64,000 bases of DNA from Patescibacteria group bacterium (GCA_019752595.1 JAIELV010000001.1:312486-376485); one strand, 5' to 3'; numbered from the stretch's first letter, positions 8,556 to 18,703 are shown. Made by a program: numbers and translations. Notes: a model not told the origin generated them from the letters alone.

Positions 8556-9588
8556 AGGTGGTTGAGGAGAGCTCCATGACCGCGAGTTCAAGCGGAAGTT
8601 CGGGAATTGGGGAACGTACAGTTTCTATAGAAGCAAGGATAATTTTGCGAAGTGCGTCGGAGTTAATTTTTGAAGCGGTTTCTTTTGAAAGCGATGCCAA
8701 GAAGTCACGGTCGACGTCGGGTAAATCCGCGGAAAGCTCTTCTCCGAACGCAGGCGCGTAGCGCATGAGAAGCAAAATGCGCAACCGTTGAAGAAGAAGC
8801 ATGGCAAACACATTCATGTCCACGTTTGCTTTGACCGCTTCCCCTATTGCGGAAAGGGCGCCATCAGCTTTTCCTTCATGAAGACCCGAAATTACGCGTT
8901 GAATGAGTTCGACTCTCGGCGCACCAGTGACTGAGGCGACTTCTTCGAGGGATACTTTTTTGTCGGATGAGGACGCAAGAATTTTTTGCAATATAGAAAG
9001 CGCATCGCGGAACGAGCCATCAGCAAGGAACGCAATCAATTCCCCCGACGCTTTCTCAAGGGTAAAACCCTCAGCCTTCGCCACTTTCGTCACCATTTCA
9101 GAAAGTACTTTTTGTGTTGGCTTCTTAAACGTGAACACCTGACAGCGCGACTGAATAGTGTCGGGTACTTTTTCCAATTCTGTGGTCGCCAAAATAAACG
9201 CGACATGCGAAGGCGGTTCTTCCAGTAATTTCAAAAAAGCATTAAAAGCGCCTTTCGAAAGCATGTGTACTTCGTCAATAATGTAGACCTTCCTCTTTGA
9301 TTCGAACGGCATCACCGCAGCTTCTTCGCGAAGCTGGCGCATATTGTCGACACCTGTGTTTGAAGCGGCATCTATTTCATGAATATCGGCGTCTGACGCT
9401 TCAAGCTCGCGCGCCAGAATGCGCGCGATTGAAGTTTTCCCTGTACCGCGCGAACCAACAAACAAATACGCGTGTCCTGAATGTTTTTCCTTTAACGCTC
9501 CCTCAAGCGCTTTGATGATATGGTCCTGCCCCAAAACTTCTTTAAAAGAAGAAGGTCGGTATTTCTGATAGAGCGAAGACCCTTGCAT
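8554..9588 (-). CDS. dnaX: DNA polymerase III subunit gamma/tau (short form)
   Basis: Start at internal MQGSSLYQKYRP. Walker A GSRGTGKTS. Box VYIIDEVHMLS and sensor motifs. Confidence 0.85.
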   Translation of the reverse strand: MQGSSLYQKYRPSSFKEVLGQDHIIKALEGALKEKHSGHAYLFVGSRGTGKTSIARILARELEASDADIHEIDAASNTGVDNMRQLREEAAVMPFESKRKVYIIDEVHMLSKGAFNAFLKLLEEPPSHVAFILATTELEKVPDTIQSRCQVFTFKKPTQKVLSEMVTKVAKAEGFTLEKASGELIAFLADGSFRDALSILQKILASSSDKKVSLEEVASVTGAPRVELIQRVISGLHEGKADGALSAIGEAVKANVDMNVFAMLLLQRLRILLLMRYAPAFGEELSADLPDVDRDFLASLSKETASKINSDALRKIILASIETVRSPIPELPLELAVMELSSTT

Positions 9589-9619
9589 GGGGCTAGTATA
9601 GCAGGCAGTTAAAAACTGC

Positions 9620-9856
9620 CTAAAAATTGGGATTCCTCGTGCGTGCATCCGCAAGCCACGCCTCGACCGCAGATTTTGCCTGTACAGGTTCACCTTCATC
9701 CATATCTCGTAAATCCCCACCAGAGTAGGCAAACCTACCCAAAGAGCTCAGTGTTTTATCTTCCTCAAGAAAGAACACATGTTCGCCTCCTGGCGCGTCA
9801 ACTCGAAATTGCTTTCCACGATACACAACGCCAAAATTTCTTTCTGATTCTTGCAT
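9620..9856 (-). CDS. Hypothetical small protein
   Basis: 78-aa ORF with no motif. Locally higher GC. Confidence 0.3.
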   Translation of the reverse strand: MQESERNFGVVYRGKQFRVDAPGGEHVFFLEEDKTLSSLGRFAYSGGDLRDMDEGEPVQAKSAVEAWLADARTRNPNF

Positions 9857-9859
9857 AGA

Positions 9860-10285
9860 CTATTCTGCCTCCCGTGGTGCATCGGGGTGAGCGGCAAGCT
9901 CATGTTTGCGTCGATGGAGCGCACTTACTGCAAGATCGAGGTCTGTTGTTCCGCGCCCGCCACCCGCAAGTGGAGAAACGGTGTGCACATGATGTTCAGC
10001 CATTCGTACCGCTCGTTCATGCACGGCAAGCGGGCGGAAGTTTGTGGTGGGGTCATTACTTGTTGGAGAGTGAGTGGTGACAGGTGGCTCAAGCTCTCGC
10101 ACTCTTCGGGAAAGCGCATAACTTTCAGCAATCAAAACCTCTGTTGCCCATCGGTCAGGATTATTACTACCTCGTGCGCGAATTTTTCTTTGCACCTCAT
10201 CGCGACGCGCGCGTAATTTTTCTACATCACCCCACTCATCCACTGAAATTTCATTCGGTCGGACAAGAGGTTTTTCTATGTGCAT
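9860..10285 (-). CDS. Hypothetical protein (Arg/His-rich)
   Basis: 141-aa ORF in GC-richer DNA (~55%). Confidence 0.35.
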   Translation of the reverse strand: MHIEKPLVRPNEISVDEWGDVEKLRARRDEVQRKIRARGSNNPDRWATEVLIAESYALSRRVRELEPPVTTHSPTSNDPTTNFRPLAVHERAVRMAEHHVHTVSPLAGGGRGTTDLDLAVSALHRRKHELAAHPDAPREAE

Positions 10286-10328
10286 ACTCCCTTACTATAT
10301 TCCCGTCCACCCCGTTGGCAAGGGTTGC

Positions 10329-11183
10329 CTATGCGGATATGAGGCCTGCCAATTTCATGGCTCGAATCATGCGCGTCACGCCGATGCCACCACCAAAGCG
10401 TGGAATGAACTTGTGCTTGAGAAATGCTTCTAACTCCGCCTCCACCCGTTCTTTTCCAAACTGGGCATACAGCGTGTTTGCATACCCGCCGTTTGAAATC
10501 GTATGGAACAAATCACGCATTTCCTCGGGGTTCGTACTGCGCTCCGCGGAACCAATCGTTTCGATGCCGTAGAGAATAACGTCAATTTTTCTTGCAATCG
10601 CTTCATTTCCTTTGCCCTCTTTTTTCATGTTCCAGAACGGTGAGGTGTACTGAGGAAAGTTTTTGAGCAGAGTGACGTTCCCATAATCCTCTCGCATCAT
10701 TGCTTCCTCTTTTGCTTTTATCTCAGGAACACCGTACTTTTCCGCTGCCTCTTTGTAATTCACTTCCTTAAACGTTGCTATATCTCCGAATCCCATGTAG
10801 TGCAGAAGTTCTGTTTCTAACTTTTGCAAATCATCGAGTCCGCCGTGCGTTTCAAATTCAAACATCGGGAAGATGAGATTGTGTCTTCCCGCAATCGGAT
10901 TGGCTTCGTTTCTGTAACTCGTGGTGATGCAGTAATACCCTTTTGCTTCGGGCTTCGTGAGAAGTTCATACTCGAGCCACATCTGGCCTGTTTGTGGTAA
11001 GGGCCACAACTGCCCTGCGTAGTTAAATGTCCCAATAGTGGTTGGATCTTCGCACGCTGCAAGAATGGATAGGCGGTGCTGAGTGGGTGTTTCTAAAAAA
11101 CCTTTTGAGCGGAAAAATTCCCGCATTTTTGTAACCGCTGCGTCGTACTCTTTTGGTTCAATGAGATCTATTGTTGGAGGCAT
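10329..11183 (-). CDS. Class II aaRS-like catalytic-core protein, archaeal-type asparagine synthetase A (AsnA)-like
   Basis: Motif 2 TSYRNE and motif 3 FGGGIGVTRMIRAM. 284 aa with no anticodon-binding domain. Confidence 0.5.
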   Translation of the reverse strand: MPPTIDLIEPKEYDAAVTKMREFFRSKGFLETPTQHRLSILAACEDPTTIGTFNYAGQLWPLPQTGQMWLEYELLTKPEAKGYYCITTSYRNEANPIAGRHNLIFPMFEFETHGGLDDLQKLETELLHYMGFGDIATFKEVNYKEAAEKYGVPEIKAKEEAMMREDYGNVTLLKNFPQYTSPFWNMKKEGKGNEAIARKIDVILYGIETIGSAERSTNPEEMRDLFHTISNGGYANTLYAQFGKERVEAELEAFLKHKFIPRFGGGIGVTRMIRAMKLAGLISA

Positions 11184-11215
11184 ATGTTTTTTATTATTTT
11201 TTTAATATTAATAAG

Positions 11216-11244
11216 CAAAAAAAAAGCCCCTCTAGAGGGGCTTT
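11216..11244 (-). terminator. Hairpin plus T-run overlapping argH stop
   Basis: gcccctctagaggggc, followed by a T-run on the minus strand. Confidence 0.5.
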
Positions 11245-12518
11245 GAAATCTTGTACTGACCGAGGCGGAGATTCCCCGGACCTCCGATAGAGGTCACTTC
11301 CTTAAGCGCGGCAACCAGATCTGGCACTTTCAAGTCAGCCAGGTTTTCCTTTACCTTTTGGTACGCATCTCTGAACGGCATGCCTTTCTTAACGAGTTTG
11401 TTTGCCTCCGAGGTTGCGAACAATTCAGGAGAAAGCGATTTCATCAAAACGTCCTTTTTCGGCGTTACTTCTGCCATAACCAAAGACATTATTTCCAAGG
11501 AGCGGCGTGCAATGCCCATTCCCTTTATCAGTGGTTCCTTTGTAAGCTGTGTATCACGGTTATAGCCTGAAATGACCCCCTTGCAGACCTCTTTTACCTG
11601 AGTTTGGAGGGCGATGATGACGCCTACGTTTCCGCGAACGATTTCGAACACATCCGGGTTTCTCTTTTGGGGCATGATGCTCGAGCCTGTTGTGAACTGA
11701 TACGGAAGATCAAAGAAATCAAATTCGGGTGTCGTAAACCAAATCATTTCTGATGCAAGGCGACCCAACGTCATGGTGATTTTGGTCAATACCGAAAGAA
11801 TGTAGGATTCCGTTGGTCCGCGGGAATTCACAGCGTAGAGTGAGTTGACCTGCAGGCGGTCAAATTTCAAAAGTTTTGTGGTCAATTCTCGATCCAACGG
11901 AAGGTTTACACCGAAACCTGCAGCGGCGCCCAAAGGATTCTGATCGTTCAGCTTGTATGCTGATTCCAAAATCATGTGGTCGTTAATCAATTCTTCAAGA
12001 TACGCTGCGGCCCAGTGCCCGACTGACGATGGCATTGCGCGCCTGGTGTGCGTATAGCCTGGCATCGGCACAAATTCGTATTTCTTCGCCATCGCGAGAA
12101 ACACTTTCTGCAATGCGATTAGTTCCTCGCTGATTTGTTTCAGCTTCTTTCTTGTATAGAGCCTAGTAGCAACCAACACTTGGTCATTCCTACTTCTTCC
12201 GGTGTGGATTTTCTTGCCGAGCGCACCGTATTTTTCAACCAAGTAATTTTCAATCGCGGTATGGCAGTCTTCGTCCGACTGCTTGATGACAAACTTCCCT
12301 GCCTTATGAAGAGTAAGAATGTCGTTCAATCCTTTGGTTAATTTCACAAGCTCGGCCTTCGTGATTATTTTTGCCTTGAGAAGTGCCTGTGCGTGTGCCT
12401 TGGATGCCTCAATGTCGTACGGCAACAGGCGCATGTCGAGAATATAGTCGTTCCCCACTGTGTATTGTTCCGCAAGCGGGTGAAGTGAGGTTGATTTTGT
12501 CTGCCAGAGTTTTGCCAT
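11232..12518 (-). CDS. argH: Argininosuccinate lyase
   Basis: HTGRSRNDQV and GSSIMPQKRNPD fumarate-lyase signatures. Confidence 0.85.
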   Translation of the reverse strand: MAKLWQTKSTSLHPLAEQYTVGNDYILDMRLLPYDIEASKAHAQALLKAKIITKAELVKLTKGLNDILTLHKAGKFVIKQSDEDCHTAIENYLVEKYGALGKKIHTGRSRNDQVLVATRLYTRKKLKQISEELIALQKVFLAMAKKYEFVPMPGYTHTRRAMPSSVGHWAAAYLEELINDHMILESAYKLNDQNPLGAAAGFGVNLPLDRELTTKLLKFDRLQVNSLYAVNSRGPTESYILSVLTKITMTLGRLASEMIWFTTPEFDFFDLPYQFTTGSSIMPQKRNPDVFEIVRGNVGVIIALQTQVKEVCKGVISGYNRDTQLTKEPLIKGMGIARRSLEIMSLVMAEVTPKKDVLMKSLSPELFATSEANKLVKKGMPFRDAYQKVKENLADLKVPDLVAALKEVTSIGGPGNLRLGQYKISKPL

Positions 12519-12551
12519 GTTAGTTAGTGTTTAGTGTTTAGCGGTTAGCGG

Positions 12552-13532
12552 TTAGGAATAATTTAGTAATTTTTGCCCATTCGATGACGCGATGTTTACC
12601 AGTGCGTCAAAATCGTAAAATCTGCACGCTTCCATCAAGAACCGCAATTCCGTCCACATATCGCCGTCGACAAACGGTTCATAGAAGTCACACACGTTGT
12701 CGACGCCGAGGCCCACCGTCACTCCAGCCGCAAGCATTTCAGGAACATTGGCAATCGAGTTGTGAACGTTTGAGACTTTGTCATCCAACTGGCGCATGGA
12801 AAGTGCTGCCGTGGGGCACACCGCAACGGCAATTCCTAAGTCTGCGAATTTCTTATAGATTTCTGAACGGTACGCTTTTGGTTGTGCGGAAGTTGAGATT
12901 GCGTGAATCGCCACTGCCCTGCCTTCGTAGCCATGCTTTTTGACCGCATTCGCCAATTTTTCGGAATCGCGCTCATCGGGATTGTTTTCCTGATCGATGT
13001 GCACATGCACAGGCTTATTCAAATTTTTTGCGATTGCAAACAGGATGTCGAGGTTTTCATCATCATTTGGGCGGTCCTTTGATGGCAAGCCCCCTGCGAT
13101 GTCCGCCTTTGCGGTAATTGCTTCATACAACTCACGAGCTTCAGGATTCACCAAGCCACCAAGTGGCTGAGTGATTATTTTGACCTCAATCTTTCCTTTA
13201 TATTCAGCTTTCACTTTCACCGCAGCATCGATGGCTTTATGACCCACGGCGTCGTACGCGTCCACGAACGTGCAGGTGTACGTACACCCCTGTGCAATCA
13301 ACATGTCCAAACCACGGCGAAGCCTTTCTTCAATCTGTTCCTGACTTGAGTTTCTCTTGATGTCGTCTGACATGAGCCACTTTTGCTCCATGTCGAGCAT
13401 TGATTTATCCAAACCTTCCTTGGTGATGTAGTACGCTTTATCAAAGTGCGCGTGACAGTTTGCAAACCCGCCTTTCTCTTTGATGGCCGCGAGCATCTGC
13501 GTTTTCAAATCCCACGGGTTACCAGTGTTCAT
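12552..13532 (-). CDS. Amidohydrolase-superfamily protein (cytosine deaminase/dihydroorotase-like metal hydrolase)
   Basis: N-terminal CHAHFD metal-binding motif and HVHIDQ. Precise substrate not assignable. Confidence 0.6.
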   Translation of the reverse strand: MNTGNPWDLKTQMLAAIKEKGGFANCHAHFDKAYYITKEGLDKSMLDMEQKWLMSDDIKRNSSQEQIEERLRRGLDMLIAQGCTYTCTFVDAYDAVGHKAIDAAVKVKAEYKGKIEVKIITQPLGGLVNPEARELYEAITAKADIAGGLPSKDRPNDDENLDILFAIAKNLNKPVHVHIDQENNPDERDSEKLANAVKKHGYEGRAVAIHAISTSAQPKAYRSEIYKKFADLGIAVAVCPTAALSMRQLDDKVSNVHNSIANVPEMLAAGVTVGLGVDNVCDFYEPFVDGDMWTELRFLMEACRFYDFDALVNIASSNGQKLLNYS

Positions 13533-14158
13533 ATATTTTGAGGATGTTCTTGTAAATATTTTGCTCCATGTCCAACATCTGTGCGTATGGGCATCGCTTT
13601 AAGCCAGTCTGGAACTTCGTCTTCTGCAAAACTCGGCATGGGAATAACGGCAAGCGAATTCAACGGGCATCCGAAGGTTTTTTCGTTCACATTGTCAGGG
13701 TCGCGGTTTACCAGAATTGAAACTTGTACCACTTCACCTCCTGCGGCGCGAACAGTATCAATTACTTTTTTTACCGAACCTCCCGTCGCGACCGTATCTT
13801 CAACAACAAGAACGCGTTTACCTTTTACCAACTGGTCGTACCCGCGTTTAAATATTTGCCCGTTTTCAGGCGTCTTTTCGGTAAATAGACCTAGAACTTC
13901 TTTACCCGTTATGAGAGACAAGTGGTATGAAGTCCACTGAGAAAAAGGAATTCCAGCGACTGCTGGAGAAACAACCACTTCTATATTTTTGTCTTTATTT
14001 AACTCCGCAAACATTCGTGAAAATTCGGAAACAATTTTTGCATGCGGAAGGAATTTGTCTTTATTCATGTAGCCGTGAAGGTGTCGACCTGATGTGCCGA
14101 TAAAGTGCCCCTCAAGTACTGCACCAGTTTCCTTTAGTATTTTTACGACGTCATCCAT
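13529..14158 (-). CDS. pyrE: Phosphoribosyltransferase, probable orotate phosphoribosyltransferase
   Basis: PRPP-binding VLVVEDTVATGGS. Other pyrimidine genes lie nearby in the window. Confidence 0.6.
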   Translation of the reverse strand: MDDVVKILKETGAVLEGHFIGTSGRHLHGYMNKDKFLPHAKIVSEFSRMFAELNKDKNIEVVVSPAVAGIPFSQWTSYHLSLITGKEVLGLFTEKTPENGQIFKRGYDQLVKGKRVLVVEDTVATGGSVKKVIDTVRAAGGEVVQVSILVNRDPDNVNEKTFGCPLNSLAVIPMPSFAEDEVPDWLKAMPIRTDVGHGAKYLQEHPQNI

Positions 14159-14194
14159 AGAGTTCTGACGTCACTGCAGTTTTCTTAAAAAAAT

Positions 14195-14222
14195 ACACCC
14201 TGGGACGGGTGTTCGTTTTTTT
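14195..14222 (-). terminator. Hairpin acaccc-tgggac-gggtgt flanked by an A-run and a T-run, after dus
   Basis: Read directly from the sequence. Confidence 0.45.
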
Positions 14223-14266
14223 AATAACCGCGTTGGTCATTAAAGTCCTAGTATATAGCACCATTC

Positions 14267-15274
14267 TTACTTTGTCAAAGCATCAAGGTATTTTTCCACA
14301 ATGCCTGCCACTTCTTCGGCTGAATTGGTAGCCATAAGTTGCGCTCGCAATTCGGCAGCTCCGTCAAAACCGTTCACATAAGCCTTGTAGTGTTTCTTCA
14401 TAATCGCAAAGCTCTTATGCGGAAGGAGCTCCTCGTAGAGCTCTGTGTGCTCCACCAATACCCTCAATTTCTCCTCAGTCGATATGGTCGACTTACGAAG
14501 TCGACCATTCTGTAATTCTTGAGAATTTGAGAATAACCACGGGTTGCCGAAAATCGCTTTACCGAGCATTGCGCCGTCCGCGCCTGTAGCCGCGACCCGC
14601 TCACGCGCGTCATCCATATTCTGAATATCGCCGTTGCCCATGATGAACACATTCGGATTTACCGCATCACGTATTTCAACCGCCCGCTTCACCCTCTCCC
14701 AGCGTGCAGGCACCAGAGACATTTCTTTTCTAGTTCGTGCGTGCAAGGTAATAACCGCGGGGTTGGCGGATAAAAGCTGCGGAAGCCACTCTTCCAATTC
14801 ATCTTTGTTGTACCCGAGGCGGGTTTTCACTGACACAGGAAGTTCTTTTGCTCCAGCTTTTGCTGCAAAGATAATTTCTTTCGCCAATGCTGGGTCTTTT
14901 ATCATCGCGGCGCCTGCTTTTTGTTTCTCAATTGATTTGTCAGGACATCCCATGTTTATGTCGATACCATCAAATCCAAGCTCACGCGCAAGCGCTGCAG
15001 CTTTCTCCATTGTTTCAGGGCGCGAGGTGAAAAATTGCGCAACTATCGGCCGTTCCGCTTCGGTGAATATCAAATCTGCGAGCAATTTCTTTCTCCCCTC
15101 CTCAGGTGCAAACGCCAGGCCATCGGCGGAGACGAACTCCGTCCACATCACCGAGGGGCCGTCGGGCTTAGAATATTTTGCAATCAGCCTTCGAAACGAA
15201 GCGTCGGTAACATCCGCCATCGGCGCCAACACAAAAAATGGTTTGGGGAGCGTGTCCCAGAATCCTCTATTCAT
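14267..15274 (-). CDS. dus: tRNA-dihydrouridine synthase
   Basis: FVLAPMADVTD N-terminal motif and TIM-barrel FMN-binding pattern. Confidence 0.85.
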   Translation of the reverse strand: MNRGFWDTLPKPFFVLAPMADVTDASFRRLIAKYSKPDGPSVMWTEFVSADGLAFAPEEGRKKLLADLIFTEAERPIVAQFFTSRPETMEKAAALARELGFDGIDINMGCPDKSIEKQKAGAAMIKDPALAKEIIFAAKAGAKELPVSVKTRLGYNKDELEEWLPQLLSANPAVITLHARTRKEMSLVPARWERVKRAVEIRDAVNPNVFIMGNGDIQNMDDARERVAATGADGAMLGKAIFGNPWLFSNSQELQNGRLRKSTISTEEKLRVLVEHTELYEELLPHKSFAIMKKHYKAYVNGFDGAAELRAQLMATNSAEEVAGIVEKYLDALTK

Positions 15275-15292
15275 GAGTCGTTACTATAGCAA

Positions 15293-15313
15293 AAACCCGC
15301 CACTGGCGGGTTT
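15293..15313. terminator. Hairpin aaacccgcc-actg-gcgggttt
   Basis: Perfect 8-bp GC-rich stem between dus and a small ORF. Confidence 0.45.
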
Positions 15314-15318
15314 AAAAA

Positions 15319-15516
15319 TTATTCACCACGTAACATTTCTCGACGTGCAGGACCGTCTCTGTGTATGTCCCACACTGCAATTCGAAGCCTCGTTATTGCG
15401 GCCCAAATGCGAGTATCACTCTCTTCTTGCCCATCACGCACAAATTCAGCGCGCGGAACGGTGTGTGCCGTCGCGGCGTACTGCTGCTGCTCGGGGGTCC
15501 ACTTAAAATGATCCAT
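15319..15516 (-). CDS. Small hypothetical ORF
   Basis: 65 aa with no support beyond the open frame. Confidence 0.2.
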   Translation of the reverse strand: MDHFKWTPEQQQYAATAHTVPRAEFVRDGQEESDTRIWAAITRLRIAVWDIHRDGPARREMLRGE

Positions 15517-15558
15517 GCATCTATGGTAACACAGGATGGGTAATTGTCAATATCCTCA

Positions 15559-16380
15559 TTATTCCTTAAATTTCACGTATACCTTGTTCCCAAAGCGGAA
15601 ATCAGCATACTCGAAATCGGTCCTTCCCTTGAGCTTTTGTGAGGCAAAAACAGAGGCAATATTCTCCAAGGTGCTGGTCGCGTCTTCGGTCATAACAAAC
15701 TTTAACTCCCCGCCCCCGACAAACGAAAGCGCGACATCTGAATTCGGTTCTACAAAAACTGCGTCTGCCGTTCTGCCAAGAGTTTTGGCGGTCTCCGCCA
15801 CAAACGCGTGGAGAGCAGGAAATTTTCCTGACAAGAATGATGAGCCTACTGGTTCAGACTCAATCCTGCCACTATAGCGAACATACGCGTCAGCGGAATC
15901 TGCAACCATATATATAAATCCTGTTTCATCGGCAAAGTAACAGGTACTAGAAATTTCTTCCGTACCCTGTGCACACCAGAGCGCCACGGGAGTTCTTTCC
16001 GAAACAGTAACGGAAATTGAAGTCAGACTGGTATGAGAAACTTTTGCCCCTTTCACGATCGGGAATGTGCCTGTTATCGCGCGCGCGATGTCACTGTTCG
16101 GCACGAACAGCGTATTGCGCTTTGGAATCACCAGCCCATACGAACCTGAAATTTCTTCCTCAACAATTCGCTGTATCAAAGAGGCATCGGCGACTGACGT
16201 GCCGATTACTTCTATTTTTGAAATCGTGACCTCAGAGAGGCGCACTACAAAAAACAAACCTCCGAGAAAAAGGAGTACTACAATAACTCCAGCGGCTATT
16301 TTAATCTGCAACATTTTCCTCCGTCTATCGCGTAGGCGGAGTTTTGGCTGAATCGGCTCTGGGCGCTTTCGAGCTTTCAC
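15559..16380 (-). CDS. ftsQ: Cell division protein FtsQ-like (TM plus POTRA)
   Basis: Basic N-terminus, single TM, POTRA-like region. Common CPR division-protein architecture. Confidence 0.6.
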   Translation of the reverse strand: MKARKRPEPIQPKLRLRDRRRKMLQIKIAAGVIVVLLFLGGLFFVVRLSEVTISKIEVIGTSVADASLIQRIVEEEISGSYGLVIPKRNTLFVPNSDIARAITGTFPIVKGAKVSHTSLTSISVTVSERTPVALWCAQGTEEISSTCYFADETGFIYMVADSADAYVRYSGRIESEPVGSSFLSGKFPALHAFVAETAKTLGRTADAVFVEPNSDVALSFVGGGELKFVMTEDATSTLENIASVFASQKLKGRTDFEYADFRFGNKVYVKFKE

Positions 16381-17639
16381 TTCTTGATTATATCGCTGCC
16401 AAAATAAGGCTGGAGTGCGGGAGGTATTTTTACGGAACCGTCTTCCTGCTGATAGTTTTCAATAAGCGTAACCAAAATACGCGGCGTAGCGATTGCGGTG
16501 TTGTTTAAGGAGTGCGCGAAATGCATCTTCCCCTCTTTATCCTTGTAACGGATGTTCATGCGACGCGTTTGGAAATCATGGAAGTACGACGCGGAGCTGA
16601 CTTCACGATACGTTTCTTCTCCTGGCACCCATGCTTCGATGTCGTATTTCTTTACCTGCCCAAGCCCGATGTCACCACCACAGTTCACGACAGTACGATA
16701 CGGTATTCCCAATGACTCAATAAATTCTTCCGTGTTTCGAGTAAGCCACTCGTGCCACTTCACCGATTCTTCGTGCGAGGCTTCACACAAAAGCACCTGT
16801 TCCCATTTATAAAATTCGTGCACGCGGATCAACCCTTTTACGTCTTTGCTGTGGCTTCCCGCTTCGCGCCTAAAGCACGGAGAGAATCCTAAATATTTGA
16901 GCGGTAGTTCATCCATGTTGAGTACATCGTTCATGTGGTAGCCCATGAGTCCCACTTCTGCCGTACCTGCAAGGTAATCACCGTCCTGTGTCTTATATAA
17001 GTCATCCTCGCCCTGAGGTATGTAGCCCGTACCTAAAAAGTTCACACGACGCAACAAGGACGGCACGATAATCGGATTGAAACCTTTCTCTGTGAAAAAA
17101 CGCTGGGCGTGCTGCCACACTGCCATGTTCAATAGCGCACCAGGGCCTTTGAGGAAATACCCGCGGAAGCCAGCCACTTTCGTACCCCGCTCGAAATCAA
17201 CCATTTTCAGGTTTTCCATTATTTCGATATGGGATTTTGGTGTGAAAGAGAATTTTGTTTTCTCACCCCAATTCCGCACCTCTTTGTTGTCTTTGTCAGA
17301 CTCGCCTTCAGGAACTGAAATATCGGGGATGTTCGGAACCTGCACCATCAGGGTCTGCCACTCCACCATCACACCTTTCAGCTCCTCCTCGCGCTCTGAG
17401 GAAGCGTCTTTCAAAATCTTCATCTCACGCAAAAGCTGTTCGCGCTCAACAGGGCTGGCGCCTGGGATTTTCTCGCTTGCCTGATTCTGCTTGGCGCGCG
17501 CGGCTTCAACCGCCGTCATGAGTTCACGGCGTTTGTCGTCAACGACCAAAAGTCGATCGAGGTCGACGGAGATATGCTTTTTTACAGCGCCCGCTTTGAC
17601 GAGCTCCAGGTTGTCGCGGATAAATTTAATATCCAGCAT
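16377..17639 (-). CDS. serS: Seryl-tRNA synthetase
   Basis: MLDIKFIRDNLE N-terminus, coiled-coil arm, class II motifs. Confidence 0.9.
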   Translation of the reverse strand: MLDIKFIRDNLELVKAGAVKKHISVDLDRLLVVDDKRRELMTAVEAARAKQNQASEKIPGASPVEREQLLREMKILKDASSEREEELKGVMVEWQTLMVQVPNIPDISVPEGESDKDNKEVRNWGEKTKFSFTPKSHIEIMENLKMVDFERGTKVAGFRGYFLKGPGALLNMAVWQHAQRFFTEKGFNPIIVPSLLRRVNFLGTGYIPQGEDDLYKTQDGDYLAGTAEVGLMGYHMNDVLNMDELPLKYLGFSPCFRREAGSHSKDVKGLIRVHEFYKWEQVLLCEASHEESVKWHEWLTRNTEEFIESLGIPYRTVVNCGGDIGLGQVKKYDIEAWVPGEETYREVSSASYFHDFQTRRMNIRYKDKEGKMHFAHSLNNTAIATPRILVTLIENYQQEDGSVKIPPALQPYFGSDIIKK

Positions 17640-17662
17640 AGTGGTACATTAGATACTAGCAT

Positions 17663-18526
17663 ATGGGCATTATCAGAACGCTTGCTCAGAATGAATATCC
17701 TGCGCTCCTTCGGGAAATCCCTTCGCCACCAAAGGAACTTTACGTGCGAGGCGCACTTCCGCCTCCCGAAACAAAACTTTTAACCGTAGTCGGCTCTAGA
17801 GCAATGAGCAGATACGGCAAAGACGCTTGTGAGGCACTCATTGCGGGACTTTCGGGTTACCCCGTTGCCATCGTCTCAGGACTTGCGCTCGGCATCGACA
17901 CCATTGCTCACAAAGCTGCACTTTCGGCAGGACTTCCTACCATTGCGGTCCCAGGCTCAGGACTTGATGATTCGGTTCTCTACCCGCGAGCGAATTTTGC
18001 ACTTGCGAAAGAAATTGAAAATAAAGGAGGCGCGCTGTTGTCCGAATTCGACCCACTATGGAAACCCCGACCTGAAAGTTTTCCGCAGAGAAACCGCATT
18101 ATGGCAGGTATGAGTCATGCAACACTCGTCATTGAAGCAGGAGAAAAATCAGGAACACTGATTACCGCGCGTATGGCATCAGACTACGGCCGCGAGCTTT
18201 TGATTGTCCCGCATTCAATATTCGCGGACGGCGGTGCGGGCGGACATATATTTATGAAAATCGGCGCGACGCCCATTCGAACATCCGCCGATATTTTGGA
18301 AGCACTTGGTATTGAAGCGGGTGCGCCAACCGTCATGCCTGATTTAAATGAGGACGAAAAAATAGTTATCAACATGCTTATAGAACCTACTCCGCGGGAC
18401 GAGCTCATCCGTTCACTTACATCAGATTTCTCCTTCGATGTCAGTCGTGCAAACGTGCTTTTAGCGTCGATGGAACTCAGAGGTTTGATTGCAGAATCGA
18501 TGGGTGAAATTAGGAAAGGGATTTGA
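17663..18526 (+). CDS. dprA: DNA-processing protein DprA
   Basis: VVGSRAMSRYGK...IVSGLALGIDTIAHKAAL Rossmann-like DprA core. Confidence 0.85.
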   Translation: MGIIRTLAQNEYPALLREIPSPPKELYVRGALPPPETKLLTVVGSRAMSRYGKDACEALIAGLSGYPVAIVSGLALGIDTIAHKAALSAGLPTIAVPGSGLDDSVLYPRANFALAKEIENKGGALLSEFDPLWKPRPESFPQRNRIMAGMSHATLVIEAGEKSGTLITARMASDYGRELLIVPHSIFADGGAGGHIFMKIGATPIRTSADILEALGIEAGAPTVMPDLNEDEKIVINMLIEPTPRDELIRSLTSDFSFDVSRANVLLASMELRGLIAESMGEIRKGI

Positions 18527-18703
18527 CCCGTACACTACACTTTGGCATCACTGCTTCTTGTTTTTACTATTTTTTTATACAAACAAATACAGAAACTTAA
18601 AAATTATTTTTTGACAAACTAGTGAACGTTTTGCAACAAAAACATCATGCCAAAGTTAGTGTCAGGGTTGACACTATTCAATTCTTACCTTAGTACTGTC
18701 GGA

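Noticed and set aside
18527-18703. sigma70-type promoter upstream of topA (TTGACA at ~18611)
   Set aside because: A -35-like hexamer is present, but no convincing -10 lies at the proper spacing. CPR promoter consensus is uncertain, so it is not reported as a feature.
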